Assembly: GCF_009914755.1 (NCBI RefSeq)
Contig: NC_060938.1
Source of the DNA: the human T2T-CHM13v2.0 reference genome, Homo sapiens
Strand: one strand, 5' to 3'
DNA: 64,000 nt
Numbering within the stretch: the stretch's first letter is position 1; every line of letters starts with the position of its first letter. This document shows positions 31,483-46,422 of this stretch, one piece after another. The translations under genes and the position numbers were made by a program. A model generated the notes under the pieces. It did no database searches and had not been told where the DNA came from. It saw nothing but the letters and a program-made list of their open reading frames with translations.

Positions 31483-32120
31483 AGCAATGCTCCAAAACTG
31501 AAATCAGTATATTGAAGAGAGATCTCCACTCCCGCATTTATGCAGCACTACTCACAATAGCCAAGATACAGAATCAACTTAAGTGTCCATCAATGGAAAA
31601 TGGATAAAGAAAATGTGGCATATATACACAATGGAGTACTACTGAGCCAGAAAAAGGATGAAATTCTGTTCTTTGCAGAAACATGGATGACCCTGGAGGA
31701 CATTAAGTAAAATAAGCTAGGCATCAAAAGATAAATACTGCATGTTCACAGTGATATATGGAATCTAAAAAAGTTGATCTCATACAAGTAGAATGGTGGT
31801 TACTAGAGGCTAGGGAGAGCAAGAGAGAGGAAAATGAGGAAATATTGGCCCATAGGCAAAAAGTTACAGTTAGGCAGAAGGAATATATTCTAGTGCACAG
31901 CAGTGTGACTATGGTTAATAATGTTGTATTGTGTATTTCAAAATAGCCAGAAGAGAGAATTTAGAATATTCTCACCACAAAGAAATAATAAATGTATGAT
32001 ATGATGAATATGTTAAATCCCCTAATTTGATTATTACACAATGTAAACGTGTATCAAAGCATCACAATATATCCCATCCACATGTACAATTATTGTGTCA
32101 GTTAAAAACAAAATTAAAAA
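31483..32120 (+). mobile_element. L1MA 3' end
   Basis: gcagcactactcacaatagccaagata...tggataaagaaaatgtggcatatatacacaatgg...atgtacaattattgtgtcagttaaaaa. Confidence 0.88.
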
Positions 32121-34389
32121 GAGAATTGAAAACATAGGCAATAACAAATAAAAGCTGGAAATCATCAAGTATATGATGACTAGAAAAAAAAACAACAAAA
32201 CAAGAAGAAAAACGAACCAATGACAGAAGGGTGGGTGCTGTGGTTGATGAAGCATTTTTATAAAAAGTAGATATGGGAAGCTACGAGTCCCTGTGATTTC
32301 AGGTCCTTGCTTTGTAATCTTATTTTCCATTTGAAGCTAATGATGTGGCAAAGAGTTAGAGAAATGTCCCCCATTTTTCCTGCAGATGATCCTCCTGAAC
32401 ATCCACCATTCCTAAATATTACACCTGAGCTGTGCTTTCTAAGATGCCCCAGTTATACAAGTGTTAGGTGTAGGTTCCAGGTATTAGAAACTGAGCAGGT
32501 CACATGGTAGCACTTCGCTGTAATTGGGTGAAGGGTCTAATCAATAGGTCAGAGAATATTATTTATGGGAACTTTCAGTAGAGCAAAATGATTGGCTTAT
32601 AAAAAGCATATTGCATGGAGCACCTTGAGAGAGTATGTGTTAGGAGGCTGTGACGGTGTGTTTTCATCTTTGCATTCCTAGCACCTATTGCATGAATGCC
32701 TTAACATAGAATGGATGTTTACTAATGGGGAACACATGGATCAAATCATTAATATTTAGTGAATCCTGGTAGTAGAAGAGGATCTTGAGAACTCAACCTG
32801 TGCCTGCTCTGAGATCAGCTTGGGTTCTGACATGATTGTTTGTTTATTAACCTTTTTAAGGTGCCTTGGAATGTGGGCCAGATAAAGGAGGTAAAAAGCA
32901 GACTTGCATTCCATGTGAAAAACTTGATTCCTTTGTTTCCAAAATTCAGTGGTTCACTCTTTAACCTATGTGGCTTTGTATGTTGTCATTTTTAATGATT
33001 TTTGAAGAGTAGAAGAGAGTTGTGTTGATATGATACGAGAGATCAATACCAGTTATTAACTGTTCCTTTTTCTTGCATGGCCCCTTTCCCATCTCCTCTC
33101 ACCCCTACCCCAATCTCTTATCAGTCCAAGGAAATGTTTGCCCAATGACTGATTAGATTTTCACAGTAAATTGCATTTTTGGGAGATGATCCTGATAGCA
33201 TGTTCACAGCTTCCATGGAAGGTTTTGAGGTTATGTGTCTTATCTTCAAGCTGTTCAGTGTCTTTATGCAGCATTTTATCTCCAAGGGTTTTTGTTGTGT
33301 TTTAAATGGGTTAAGTCCTTTGAAGTTTGATAGACAGTCCTTTCTGGGTCTTCCTAAATTCAGTGAATTCCTCAATACTATCTCTACAGACCATTAGTGA
33401 TGCAGTTCCAGAACCAATTGGCTGTTTGATTATTTATAACTAGGAAAACTAGAAGATAAGCAAAGTGAAAATGAAGAATTGAAAGGGCACCTGGACTGTG
33501 TTCTAGTCTGCAACCTGATTATTTTGGTTGGACTGGTGTTGGGGTGAGCAAAGGGTGAATCATGGTGTCCAGTCATTTCCAGTATGACCAACTGTGGATT
33601 TTGCTTCACAAGCCATGATGTACTCTAGGTCTTAGTGATGAGACGTCTGCAGCTGCTTAAGCTGTGTAGAGGGCTGGTGATGGAAATGAAGGAGGGTACT
33701 TACTAAAACACTCAAGTTCACTGGTACTGGAAGCAAGGCTGTGACTTAGTGGCTTGGGCTGCCAGAAAGAATGAGAGAGCTTCCTCGAATTAGCAGAGAT
33801 GGCAGAGGTTGTCTGGACTAACAACCCCATCCCTCCTCCTTCGTATCTGTCAGAAGCGTACGGAGCATCGGAGATGCACACGGCAGCGTAGTGAAGTGCT
33901 GAACGGTGCTAGCAGCTAGTTAAATAGTTCTCCCCTTAGATTGACCCTTAGATCTATTTACCTATAACTGAAATCCATTGGTTTTACTTCTGTTCTCTGT
34001 AGCAACAAAGCGCAAAAATCACTTTCTCTGACAAGGTCTCATGCTGTTCAGTCATTTGCTATTTTTTCTAACTCTTCTAATCTCTCAAAGATGACCATTG
34101 GTGTCTCTGAAATTCCTGTAGGCCCTGGAATCCAATTCACATGGGCCTGGATTCTTGAGGCCACTTGAAATGACTAGGCCCTCCCTCACTAACTTCTTGC
34201 CTATCCGGCACTGAAATTTCCTCTTTACATGGTTTGTTCAAAACCCTCTTTAGGTTAAGCACCAGATTTTCTTTTGACTAGCACAGAGGTAGAACAGTCA
34301 CTGGGGATTTCTGCTTTCTCTCTTCCCTTTCCCAAGCAATACTCTTTGCTTTTCTCCTTGTTTCAATTATACCTTAAAAAAGCTGACGC

Positions 34390-34765
<376 letters not shown>

Positions 34766-34939
34766 CTATGGCTAATCTTTTGGCCTTCCTGATACTATTG
34801 TGATAAGTTCTTGCTAAACGAAGTAAAACGGTACTCTTTATTTAATTACTATTTCCGTTAATACAATCTTGCATCCCAGTTTTGTCACTTGATACCATAT
34901 CATGAAATCTTTCCAAGTCATTAGAATTTATTCATGTAT

Positions 34940-35190
34940 AATGTGTTTATTCATTCAACAAATATTTATTGAACAGCTGCTATATGCCAGAAATTATAAC
35001 ATGTGTTGGGAATATGTTGGAGAAAACAGTTAGAAACAGGGCCTTGTATTAGAAATACATTAAATAATTACACAGATGTTTATTTAGTCAAGGAAACACA
35101 CATGAACCACGAGAGGGAACTGTTGGGGGAACTTGACCTTGTCTGGTATGTAAGAAAGAGGAGCTTCCCTGAGGAGCATGGAACATAATT
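34940..35190 (-). mobile_element. LINE-2 fragment
   Basis: ttattcattcaacaaatatttattgaa..ctgctatatgccag. Confidence 0.7.
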
Positions 35191-36619
35191 TGCTCTACAT
35201 TCTTCCCATTCAGGGACTTTGCATTGTTTCTAGTCTTTGGTTATTTTCAATATACCTACAATTAACACTTATGTGCATGCATGCTTTTATTTCCATAAAA
35301 TAGATTCCTAAAAGTATAATTACTGACTCCCTCTGTGCATAAGTAATGTTTCCTTAAGGTAGTTTCCTAAAAATATAATTACAGGGTCAAGGACGTGAAC
35401 ATTTTATGGCTCTTGATACATATTTTTTAAAGCTTTCTAAAAAATCAGCAGAGTTTTAAAGCTAGCAAAGGGTCTTGGACCACCACATCTCAAACCACCT
35501 TCATAGAAACATCAGGTTGATTTCAAGAAATCAGTTAAATTATTAGTAAGAGCAAGTGATATGTTTCCTGTACATGTTCTCAACTGGAACTAATCAAGGT
35601 GTAGTCCTCTGGAGTAGATCCTGAAGATGTTGATTAGTGGTCTGTGAAAAGTACAAAGATTGAGAACTAAGCATTTTAAAACTGTGGTAATAAGATAAAG
35701 TGATTTTATGTTAAAAAATCTGGATATGTATATTGTATGTTCCTTTTTCATTTTTCTTTTAGTAATTTATTTCTGTAAACATTAGAAGTATTGGCTTATG
35801 ACGGAGTGAGAGGAAAAAACAAGTCCTTCCCTACATATAGTTTATATAAAAGATAGTGGAAACCCCTTGGTCAAATTTGCTTTTATAGATCCAAAGAGCC
35901 ACAAAGGGAAACCAATGGGATTAGCAGATTTTGACTACAGACATGTGTACTTGAGTTAAGCCACACAAGAGCTGTGTATATCTTTCCCAGAAAGATAAAG
36001 CACACCTATTACAACAAATGAGACATGTGCTATTTAAAGAATTTCTGTGAGAAATTTCTCAGTCCAGGAATTACAGTTGTCTGCAGTTTAATTTTTGCTC
36101 TTAGACTACAGCAAGGTACTTGACCATTGAACTTGCCTATGATCAGACAAGAGAATGATGATTAGATGCTACCACTGCCAGTTATTTCTTCCAGAGGAAG
36201 TAATAAAAGGTGCCAAAAAATTTCCACCTCTGAAACCTTCCACCAATTGTGTCCATAAAGTTTAGCTATAAGTTAAAGGCTACTTCCTTTGTGTTCCTAT
36301 TCCCAATAACAGAGATCAGAACTATTCAGACATTTGATAGGAAGAAGAAATCTCACCAGTCAAATGCTGAAACCACTATGAATAATACCTGAATGTCAAT
36401 TAGGACTATACTGAATAAAAAATACAAGGAGTTACTGGTCTTTTGATGTCCTTCAAAAATTAAAAAACTTAGCTCAGAGAAAGGCCTCATCCATAATATT
36501 GGTGAGGGCCCCAACAGGTGAGAACCATGTTTTCCTAAAAACTCTGCCTGCCACCAATTTGCTGGTCAATGTAAGAATCAAGCAATTTTCTTTGCTCATT
36601 TTGAATAGAGATGGAAGGT

Positions 36620-36830
36620 AGTGATGAATTGGAGAGAGTAGATTCTGAGGTCAGACTGCCTGGGTTTAAATCCTAGAGTCTACATGTTACTAGCCAGCTG
36701 GTGGGTGTTACTTCTGTCTCAGTATCTCAGTTTTCTCACCCACATATTGGAGATAACAGTAAAGAGAAAATGCATGCAAGGTGCTTAGCACACAGCAGGC
36801 ACTCAATAAATGTTAGCTGTTCTTATTCTT
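36620..36830 (+). mobile_element. MIR
   Basis: tcagactgcctgggtttaaatcc...gcactcaataaatgttagct. Confidence 0.8.
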
Positions 36831-36859
36831 GTAATAAAACTTATCAGAAGAAATTCCTT

Positions 36860-36970
36860 AGGAAGGGAGAAAGGGAGGGAGGGAAGGAGGAAGAGAGGAA
36901 GGAAGGAAAGAAAGAAGGAAGCAAGGAAAGAAGGAAGAAAAGAAAGAAAGAAGGAAGGAAAGAGAAGAAA
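36860..36970. repeat. (GGAA/GAAA)n purine-rich repeat
   Basis: Direct inspection. Confidence 0.9.
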
Positions 36971-37009
36971 CATCTTTTAAAAAGCAGTGGGACTAATTTT
37001 TCCTGTGAG

Positions 37010-37230
37010 ATGTTGGAGAAGAGTGTGGGATTGGATCCAGTGGACTCTGGCTCTGGTCCTGGCTTTGCCATTTACTAAGTGTGTGATCCAGTCATGTGAC
37101 ATTGCTGAGCCTGAGATCCTCTTCTCTTTTGTAAATGGGATGATGTCAATAATACCTGCCTCGGGGGGTTGTGAATACAAATGAGTGGATGTATGGGAGA
37201 TGCTGTGTACGTGGTAAGAAATTATATGGG
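37010..37230 (+). mobile_element. MIR
   Basis: cctggctttgccatttactaagtgtgtga...aataatacctgcctc. Confidence 0.65.
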
Positions 37231-38125
37231 TGTGGTTCACCTGCTCCCAACTCTTCCTTTGGTGAGACTGTGCTTCCTGCTTGTGCCTGCTTGAACTGGC
37301 TCCTGGTGTAGGCAGGCCCTTCCTGAGTTTAGGACTCGGGCTTTCCCCTTCTTCTGGGCTTCTGTGCAGCAATTATTCACTGAGACCAAATGGGTAGACC
37401 CCACCTTTCTGGTTCCTGGTAATCAAGAGGTGAGGGTTCCTGCTGGATATTAGTGTATGTGTCTCCAGAATTGCTCCATCAGAATCCTGTACCTGTAGAT
37501 AAGGAAAGGCTTGGTCTTGGGCCATTCTGCATTTGTTCATAAGATTAAGCTTCTTTGGAAGTTGAATTGTGAAGACCCATAAGATCAAGTGTCAAAATAA
37601 AATAAAGAGAAGGGAGGAAGAAAATAAGGGAGGAAGAGAGAGAGAGAGAGAGAGATAAAGGGAGAGAGAGAAAGGGAGAAGGGTGACTCACAGATGAAGA
37701 AATGAACTAAAAACCCAGAGGCTGAGAGTTCTAATCCTCTCTGTGCCACAACTTGTTATGTGACATTAAGCAAGTAACTGAATCACTTGGTGGCTTCATT
37801 TCCTTGTCTGTACAATGTGGTATGACAGTACTAACCACCCTTGCTAGATTGTTATAAAAATAAAATAAGCATTTGCCATGTATAGATATTCCAGCTATAC
37901 ACTCCTTCCTTGACTCTGTGGTTTGAGGAAGGTTGAAAACATGAAAAGGACAACTTTCCCTATCGCATTCAACCAGGTTAACTAGAAAAGAATATTTTGC
38001 TCTTCTTGTCATGAATTTTCTCAATTTCACTCAGGTAGCCATTCACTAAGTAGCATTAATCTACTGACTGAAAGTATTTGCTTTTTCTGGCCCTAAAGGA
38101 CATGCTGTTTTCAAATCAAGAATTG

Positions 38126-38383
38126 GTCAAGTCTGTGATATAAAGTGGCATAGTATTTGCATATTACCTATGCACATCCTCCCATATGCTTTAAATCATC
38201 TCTAGATTACTTATAATACCTACACATCACTTAATTTGTATGGATTCAGTGTAGTACTTGGTGCATAGCAAATTCAAGTTTTGCTTTTTGGAACTTTGTG
38301 GAATTTTTCCCCCAGAAAATTTTCAATTTGCAGTTGGTTAAATCCATGGATTCAGAACCCATGAATATGGAGGGCCAATTGTA
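38126..38383 (+). mobile_element. MER2B (TcMar-Tigger) fragment
   Basis: gtatttgcatattacctatgcacatcctccc...aaatcatctctagattacttataatacc...gaacccatgaatatggagggccaattgta. Confidence 0.85.
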
Positions 38384-38654
38384 AATGCCCAGAACATATC
38401 CACAGGAAAGGCCCTGGGAAGCTCTAGAGAGCACAGAACAGGAAGTAGAATTGGCAAGGCCAGAACCTCTTAGGAACTGTCTTACTTAAAACAGGTTCCA
38501 GTGAGCACGCTACATGCAGACAGGCTCCAGTGCCTCTGACACCTGGCACTCTACCAGACACATTGTAGGCCTTCATGGAAGATGTATTGAGTACTTACCC
38601 ACAACAGTTTTTTGCATGTCAATATTAAAATACAGTTATAAATGTTTTCCTGAG

Positions 38655-38958
38655 TTTTTCTTTTCTGTTTTTGGGGGTGATGGAGGGGACAGGGTCTTAC
38701 TCCATTGCTCAGGCTGGAGTGCAGTGGCATGATCACCACTCCCTGCAGCCTTAGCCTCCTGAGCTCAGATAATTCTCCCACCTCAGTCTCTCTGGTAGGT
38801 GGGACTACAGGCGTGCACTACCATGTGTGGCTAGTTCGTTTTAGAGACGGGGTTTCGCTATGTTGCCCAGGCTGGTTTCCAATTGCTAGGCTCAAGCTAT
38901 CCTCCTACCTTGGCCACCCAAAGTGTGGGGATTACAGGTGTGAGCCACTGCACTGGTC
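38655..38958 (-). mobile_element. AluJ
   Basis: J-type ctgcagccttagcctcctgagctc and ggctcaagctatcctcc. Confidence 0.9.
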
Positions 38959-38974
38959 TGAGGTTTTAAAGAGT

Positions 38975-40058
38975 GCAGTTGTACTCATATTTATCTCTGC
39001 TCCAACCTAAAACTCAACTCTAAAGATAGTGAAGGAATAAAATATTCTAGCACAATGAGAACAGCAAAAGAAACAGCAGAGGAGGTGGTGTGGGGAGAGA
39101 GAGCATCAGGAAGAAGAGCTAATGGGTGCTGGGCTTAATATCTAGGTGATGGGATGATCTGTGCAGCAAACCACCATGGCACACATTTACCTATGTAAGA
39201 AACCTGCACATCCTGCACAGGTACCCCTGAACTTAAAAGGTGAAGGAAAAAAAAAAATCAGAGGAGAGGTAATAAATTTCTGGAAGACAAAAAACAGATG
39301 AAGTGGTCCCTAACTTAGAACAGAGCAGAATGTATGCTAAAGCCAACTAACTCGTGCAGGAGAACTCTCCAGTTATTTCTCCAGGTATTTCTGAAGGCGG
39401 GGATGGGGTAGAGCTGAGAACAGGAGAACTGGGTTAGCAAAAACTACCGCCACTCGTGCCCTGTTACTCTGGGCAACAAGAAAACTGGCCTTCTCCATAA
39501 TAGTGAAAGATGGATACCCACTGCAGGAGGTGTTGTCCGAGGGGCTCAGTTCTGGGACTTCCAGACAGAACGTAGAGTGGTAGTGAGGTCAGGGGTCTGT
39601 AAACAGGAAGGAAGAGCTGCATACTCAATGGTGAGGTCTCTTACCCATCTTGGCCCCCAGAATGCTGCCAGCCAGGTATATATACCTGAAGCAGGGGGCT
39701 GGAGGGTTGCTCTGTAGGGGAACGGACAAGCCCAAGAGAAATTGCATGCAGAAACTGAAATTTAGGAGCCCTCCAGCATTAAAAACTGGATCTCTGCTAG
39801 ATCAACAATCTATGAAATAATTCAAGGGAATTATGAAGCTCATTCCCTGCCACATATACAGGCTTCCAATCAGCCAAGAACCACCAGAAATTAAAAGAAT
39901 GGCTCTTAATATCAAAAAAGGAACCAAAATAACAACAAAAAGGAAAAACAGATAATGCAAGGGACAGGTGGAAAATAGAAAGAAAAATGTAATGAACATT
40001 CTTAGAAAATTAACACAGATATTATGTCATGAGACAAAAAATGATAATGCTATTTTTA
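38975..40058 (+). mobile_element. HAL1/L1ME-like 5' region (resumes at about 46414-47100)
   Basis: A-rich old-LINE 5'/ORF1-like sequence; continuation after the intervening L1 includes catcactgtgaaatttcagaa. Confidence 0.5.
39085..39257 (+). mobile_element. Short older L1PA (about L1PA13-16) 3' end
   Basis: gagagcatcaggaagaagagctaatgg..tgtgcagcaaaccaccatggcacac..cctgaacttaaaa plus A tail; cagaggag on both flanks. Confidence 0.88.
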
Positions 40059-41819
40059 GGTTTACTAGAATGATTGTTTCTGTTTGTGTTTAGTTTTACT
40101 AATAAGTTTACTGAAAAAAATTTTATTGAGCCATAACTCATGAACAATAAACTGCATATATTTAAAATGTACCATTAGATGAGTTTTGACATTTGTATGC
40201 ATGCAAGCAACCACCATAACAATCAAGGAAGTGTACATTTCTATCAGTCTCAAAAGAGCCCTTCTAAACCTTCACAGCCCCTCCAACCTCCCTCCCCCCG
40301 CCATCTCTAGGTAACCATAGTTTGTTTTCTGCAACTACAAATTGATTTGCAATTTATAGAATTCTAAATAAGTAGAATTTAAATAAGCATAGTCATCATG
40401 CTCAGTTAAAGAAGCCAGACAAAAAAAGAGTTTTCATTATATAATTCCATTGAGTATCATCCATGGTGTTGCATGTATCAAGAGTTTGTTCCTTTTTGTT
40501 GCTGGGTAGTATTCTATTGCATGGATATACCACTATTTGTGCAGTCACGTGATGATGGACATTTAGGTTGTTTCTCATTTTGGGCAAATATAAAATAAAG
40601 TTGCAATGAACATGTGCAAGTCTTTGTGCAAACATGTTTTCTTTTTTTTTTTATTGGCAAATACTGTATCTAAGAAGAGAATGGCTAGTTGGTCAGTAGG
40701 TGTATATTTAGCTTTTCAAGAAATAATCAAACTGCTCTCCAAAGTGGTTGTACCATTTAATCTTCTACCAGCAGTACATGAGAGTTCCAATTGCTCCATA
40801 TCCTCACCAGAATTAATATAATCAGTCTTTTAAATTTTAGTTATTCTAATGGCTGTATAAAATTTCACTGTCGTTTTAATATTCATTATCCTGATGAATA
40901 ACAATCTTGAACATCTTTCTACATGTTTATCAGGCACTTGTACATTTCATGAAGTGTTCGAATACTTTACCCATTAAAAATGGGTCACTTTATTGCTCTA
41001 TAGGAATGATTTATATATTCTGGATACAAGTCTTTTATATAGATTGCAAATATTTTCTTGCATTTACATTTATTAATTGTGTCTTTTAAAGAGCAAAAAC
41101 TTAATTTTGGAAAAGTTGAGTTCATCCATTTGTTTCTTTTGTAATTCATGCTTTTTGAGTCCTGAGAATCCTTTGCATCCTCCAAGATCACAAAAGTTTT
41201 CTCCTATATATTCTTTGAAAGTTTAATAGTTGAGGTTTACCTTTAGCTTTATGATCCAGTATTTTAAGTTAGCATTTGTGTATTATGTGAGATGAAAATT
41301 GATATTCATTTTTTCTATATGAATACGTAGTTGATCCAGTACCATTTGTTGAAAAGCCATTTCTTTCCCCATTGAATCATTTTGGCACTTTGTCATAAAT
41401 TAATTGGTTATATATGTATAGGTGTATTTCTGAATTCTCTATTCTATTTATTGATGTATGTATCTTTTTACCAGTACAAAATTGTTGTTAATATTACTGT
41501 AGCTTTATAAATTTTAAAAGAAAGCTAAGTACTCCAACTTTGTCCTCTTCTAAAACTGCCTTATTCTAGATTCTTTGCAATTTCATGTAAGTTCTATATG
41601 AAGCTTATCAATTTCTATAAAACAACTTGCTGGGATTTTGATAAGGATTACATAGACTCTAAAAATCAATTTGGGGATAATTGCTATCATAACCATGTTG
41701 AGTCTTCCAATTCATTAATGTGGGATATCTTTCTATTTTAGCCTCCTTTAATTTTTGTCAGCCATGATTTGTAGCTTTTAGTGTAAAAGTCTCAAAAATA
41801 TTCTGGTAGATTTATTCCT

Positions 41820-43189
41820 TTTTTTTTTTAATATTTATTGATCATTCTTGGGTGTTTCTCGTAGAGGGGGATTTGGCAGGGTCATAGGACAATAGTGGAG
41901 GGAAGGTCAGCAGATAAACATGTGAACAAAGGTCTCTGGTTTTCCTAGGCAGAGGGCCCTGCCGCCTTCCGCAGTGTTTGTGTCCCTGGGTACTTGAGAT
42001 TAGGGAGTGGCGATGACTCTTAAGGAGCATGCTGCCTTCAAGCATCTGTTTAACAAAGCACATCTTGCACCGCCCTTAATCCATTTAACCTTAGTGGACA
42101 CAGCACATGTTTCAGAGAGCACGGGGTTGGGGGCAAGGCCATAGATTAACAGCATCCCAAGGCAGAAGAATTTTTCTTATTACGGAACAAAATGGAGTCT
42201 CCTATGTCTACTTCTTTCCACACAGACACAGCAACAATCCGATCTCTCTTTCTTTTCCCCACACTTCCTCCCTTTCTATTTGACAAAACTGCCATCGTCA
42301 TCATGGCCTGTTCTCAATGAGCTGTTGGGTACACCTCCCAGACGGGGTAGCGGCCAGGCAGAGGGGCTCCTCACTTCCCAGAAGGGGCGGCCGGGCAGAG
42401 GCGCCCCCCACCTCCCGGACGGGGCGGCTGCCGGGCGGAGGGGCTCCTCACTTCCCAGACTGGGCGGCCGGTCAGAGACGCTCCTCACCTCCCAGATGGG
42501 GTGGTGGCGGGGCAGAGACACTCCTCAGTTCCCAGATGGGGTCGCGGCCTGGCAGAGGTGCTCCCCACATCCCAGACGATGGGTGGCCGGGCAGAGACGC
42601 TCCTCACTTCCTAGACGGGATGACGGCCAGGAAGAGGCGCTCCTCACTTCCCAGACTGGGCGGCCGGGCAGAGGGGCTCCTCACATCCCAGACGATGGGC
42701 GGCTGGGCAGAGACGCTCCTCACTTCTTAGACGGGATGGCGGCCGGGTAGAGGCTGCAATCTCGGTACTCTGGGAGGCCAAGGCAGGCGGCTGGGAGGTG
42801 GAGGTTGTAGCGAGCCGAGATCACGCCACTGCACTCCAGCCTGGGCAACATTGAGCACTGAGTGAGCGAGACTCAGTCTGCAATCCCGGCACCTCGGGAG
42901 GCCTAGGCTGGCAGATCACTCGCGGTCAGGAGCTGGAGACCAGCCCGGCCAACACGGCGAAACCCCGTCTCCACCAAAAAAATACAAAAACCAGTCAGGC
43001 ATGGCGGCACGCGCCTGCAATCCCAGGCACTCGGCAGGCTGAGGCAGGAGAATCAGGCAGGGAGGTTGCAGTGAGCGGAGATGCTGGCAGTACAGTCCAG
43101 CCTCGGCTCGGCATCAGAGGGAGACGGTGCAAAGGGGAGACAGAGATGGGAGAGGGGGAGGGGGAGGGAGAGGGGGAGGGGGAGGGAGC
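41820..43189 (-). mobile_element. Full-length SVA (SVA_B-like)
   Basis: Minus-strand order: CCCTCT/CCCCCT hexamers (about 43131-43189), Alu-like (about 42751-43130), VNTR (about 42336-42750), SINE-R, AATAAA, poly(A). TSD agatttattcct at 41808-41819 and 43190-43201. aaccttagtggacac and gagggccctgccgcc suggest subfamily B. Confidence 0.96.
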
Positions 43190-43717
43190 AGATTTATTCC
43201 TATTTTATATTTTTATTTGGTGCTACTAAAACTTTTTCTAAATTTATTTTAAAATTTTTGCTACTTGTGTATAAAAATGTAAGTGTTGTATTTGCATACT
43301 GTATCCTGTGACTTTGCTAAATTCACTTATTTTTTCTAATAAGCATTTTCTAGATTCTTGGGAATTTTCTATGAAAATTGAAAATAAGAACAGTTTTACT
43401 TCTTTCATAATTTTCCTTTTTCTTAAAAAATTTGACATTGTTTTTAGAACCTCCAATACAATGTTGAATAGAAGAGAAGGGAAGTATTCTTGCTTTGTTC
43501 CCAAACCCGGGGGTGGGCAGGGGGACAATTCAGTCTTTTGTCATTAAGCATGATGTTAGCTGTAGATGTTTTTGTCAATGATCTTTATCAGTTTGAGGAA
43601 ATTCTCTGCTACTCTCAATTTACTCGAGTTTCTTTTTGCTTGCTTTCATTTCCTTCCTTCCTTTCTTTATTATGAATAGGTGATAAATTTTGCGAATGCT
43701 TTTTCTACATCTATTGA

Positions 43718-44087
<370 letters not shown>

Positions 44088-44180
44088 TACATTTGTTTTT
44101 TGTTTTTTATTTTTATTTATTTATTTATTTTTTATTGTTAAATCAATCTTGCATTTCTGGAATAAAATGTGCTTTGTCAT

Positions 44181-44511
<331 letters not shown>

Positions 44512-44779
44512 TTAATATTTCTGGATTTAATTTGCCAACATTTTATTAAGAATTTTTGTCTATCATGAGAAATACTTTATTTTTTTTTCCGTGATGTCTT
44601 TGTCAGATTTTGGTATTAGGGTTGTAAAATTGGTTGCAGCATGTCCTGTATTCTTTTTATATTCTGAAAATGTTTGTGTAAGATTGCTGTTATTTCTTTT
44701 ATGAATGTTTGATTCACCTTTCTATGGAAATCATTTGCACCTAGAGTTTTATTTGGGGGAAGGTTTTGGATAACAAATT

Positions 44780-44808
44780 GACAGAGACAGACTCCGTCTC
44801 AAAAAAAA
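44780..44808 (+). mobile_element. Alu 3'-terminal stub
   Basis: gacagagacagactccgtctc followed by A8. Confidence 0.7.
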
Positions 44809-45083
44809 GAAGTTAATACTTACATAGACACAGGGCTATTCAGATGTTCTGTTTCTTCTGGGATCAATTAAGTTGTATTTTCCAAGATTTTTTATTTAAT
44901 CTAAAAACTTTGTTTATAACATAAAGTTTTTCATTTTTTTAAAATTTAAAATGCTCATAGAATCTATAATGATAACCCCCTTTTCATTCCTTAGTGATTT
45001 GTGTTTCTCTTTCTCTCTGTGTTTCAATTAATCTAGCTAGGGGTTTGTCAATTTTTTAAATCTTTTTTAAAAAATCAGCTTTT

Positions 45084-45403
<320 letters not shown>

Positions 45404-46055
45404 CTATTGTCTGTCTATTTTGGTTATTTCTGCTCTTATCTTTATATTTTTTGCTCTTATTTTTATCATTCTCTGATTTTTAATTTTTCTATTTTTACTT
45501 ATATGCATTTTAAAGCTGTTTTAGCTGAATTCCACAAATTTTGGTACATTGTATCTTCATTCAGTTCAAAACATTTCTTAGTTTCCCTTGTGATTTTTGT
45601 CTTTGACTTATGAATTAAGATGGTGTTGTTTAATTTCTAGATATTTATGGGTTTTCTAGATGCCATATTGTTATTGATTTCTCATTTAATTCCACTGTGG
45701 CCAGAAAATACACTCTGTATATTTCATTCATTAAAATTTATTGATTTATTGTCCAGCATATGGCCTATTTTTAAAAATGTATTATGTGAACTTGAATAGA
45801 ATACATATTCTGCAGTTGCTGGATGTTTGTTCCATAAATGCCAGTTAGATAGTGATCAATAGTATTGTGCATACCTTCAGTATTTATGTAGATGTTTTTT
45901 CTGGTTTTTCTATGAATTGCTTACTAATGGGGTTCTAAAATCACCTGATATAATTGTGGAATCTATCTGTCCCCTTAATTCTGTGAATTTTTGCTTCATG
46001 TATTTTTGGGAACTGTTATTAGATGCATATGCATTTATAATATTTATGTCTTCCT

Positions 46056-46422
<367 letters not shown>

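Noticed and set aside
33878-33903. REST/RE1 site (cacggcagcg, gtgctgaa)
   Set aside because: Half-sites are not in the canonical order or spacing.
42276-42750. 137-156 aa ORFs
   Set aside because: Stop-poor GC-rich SVA VNTR.
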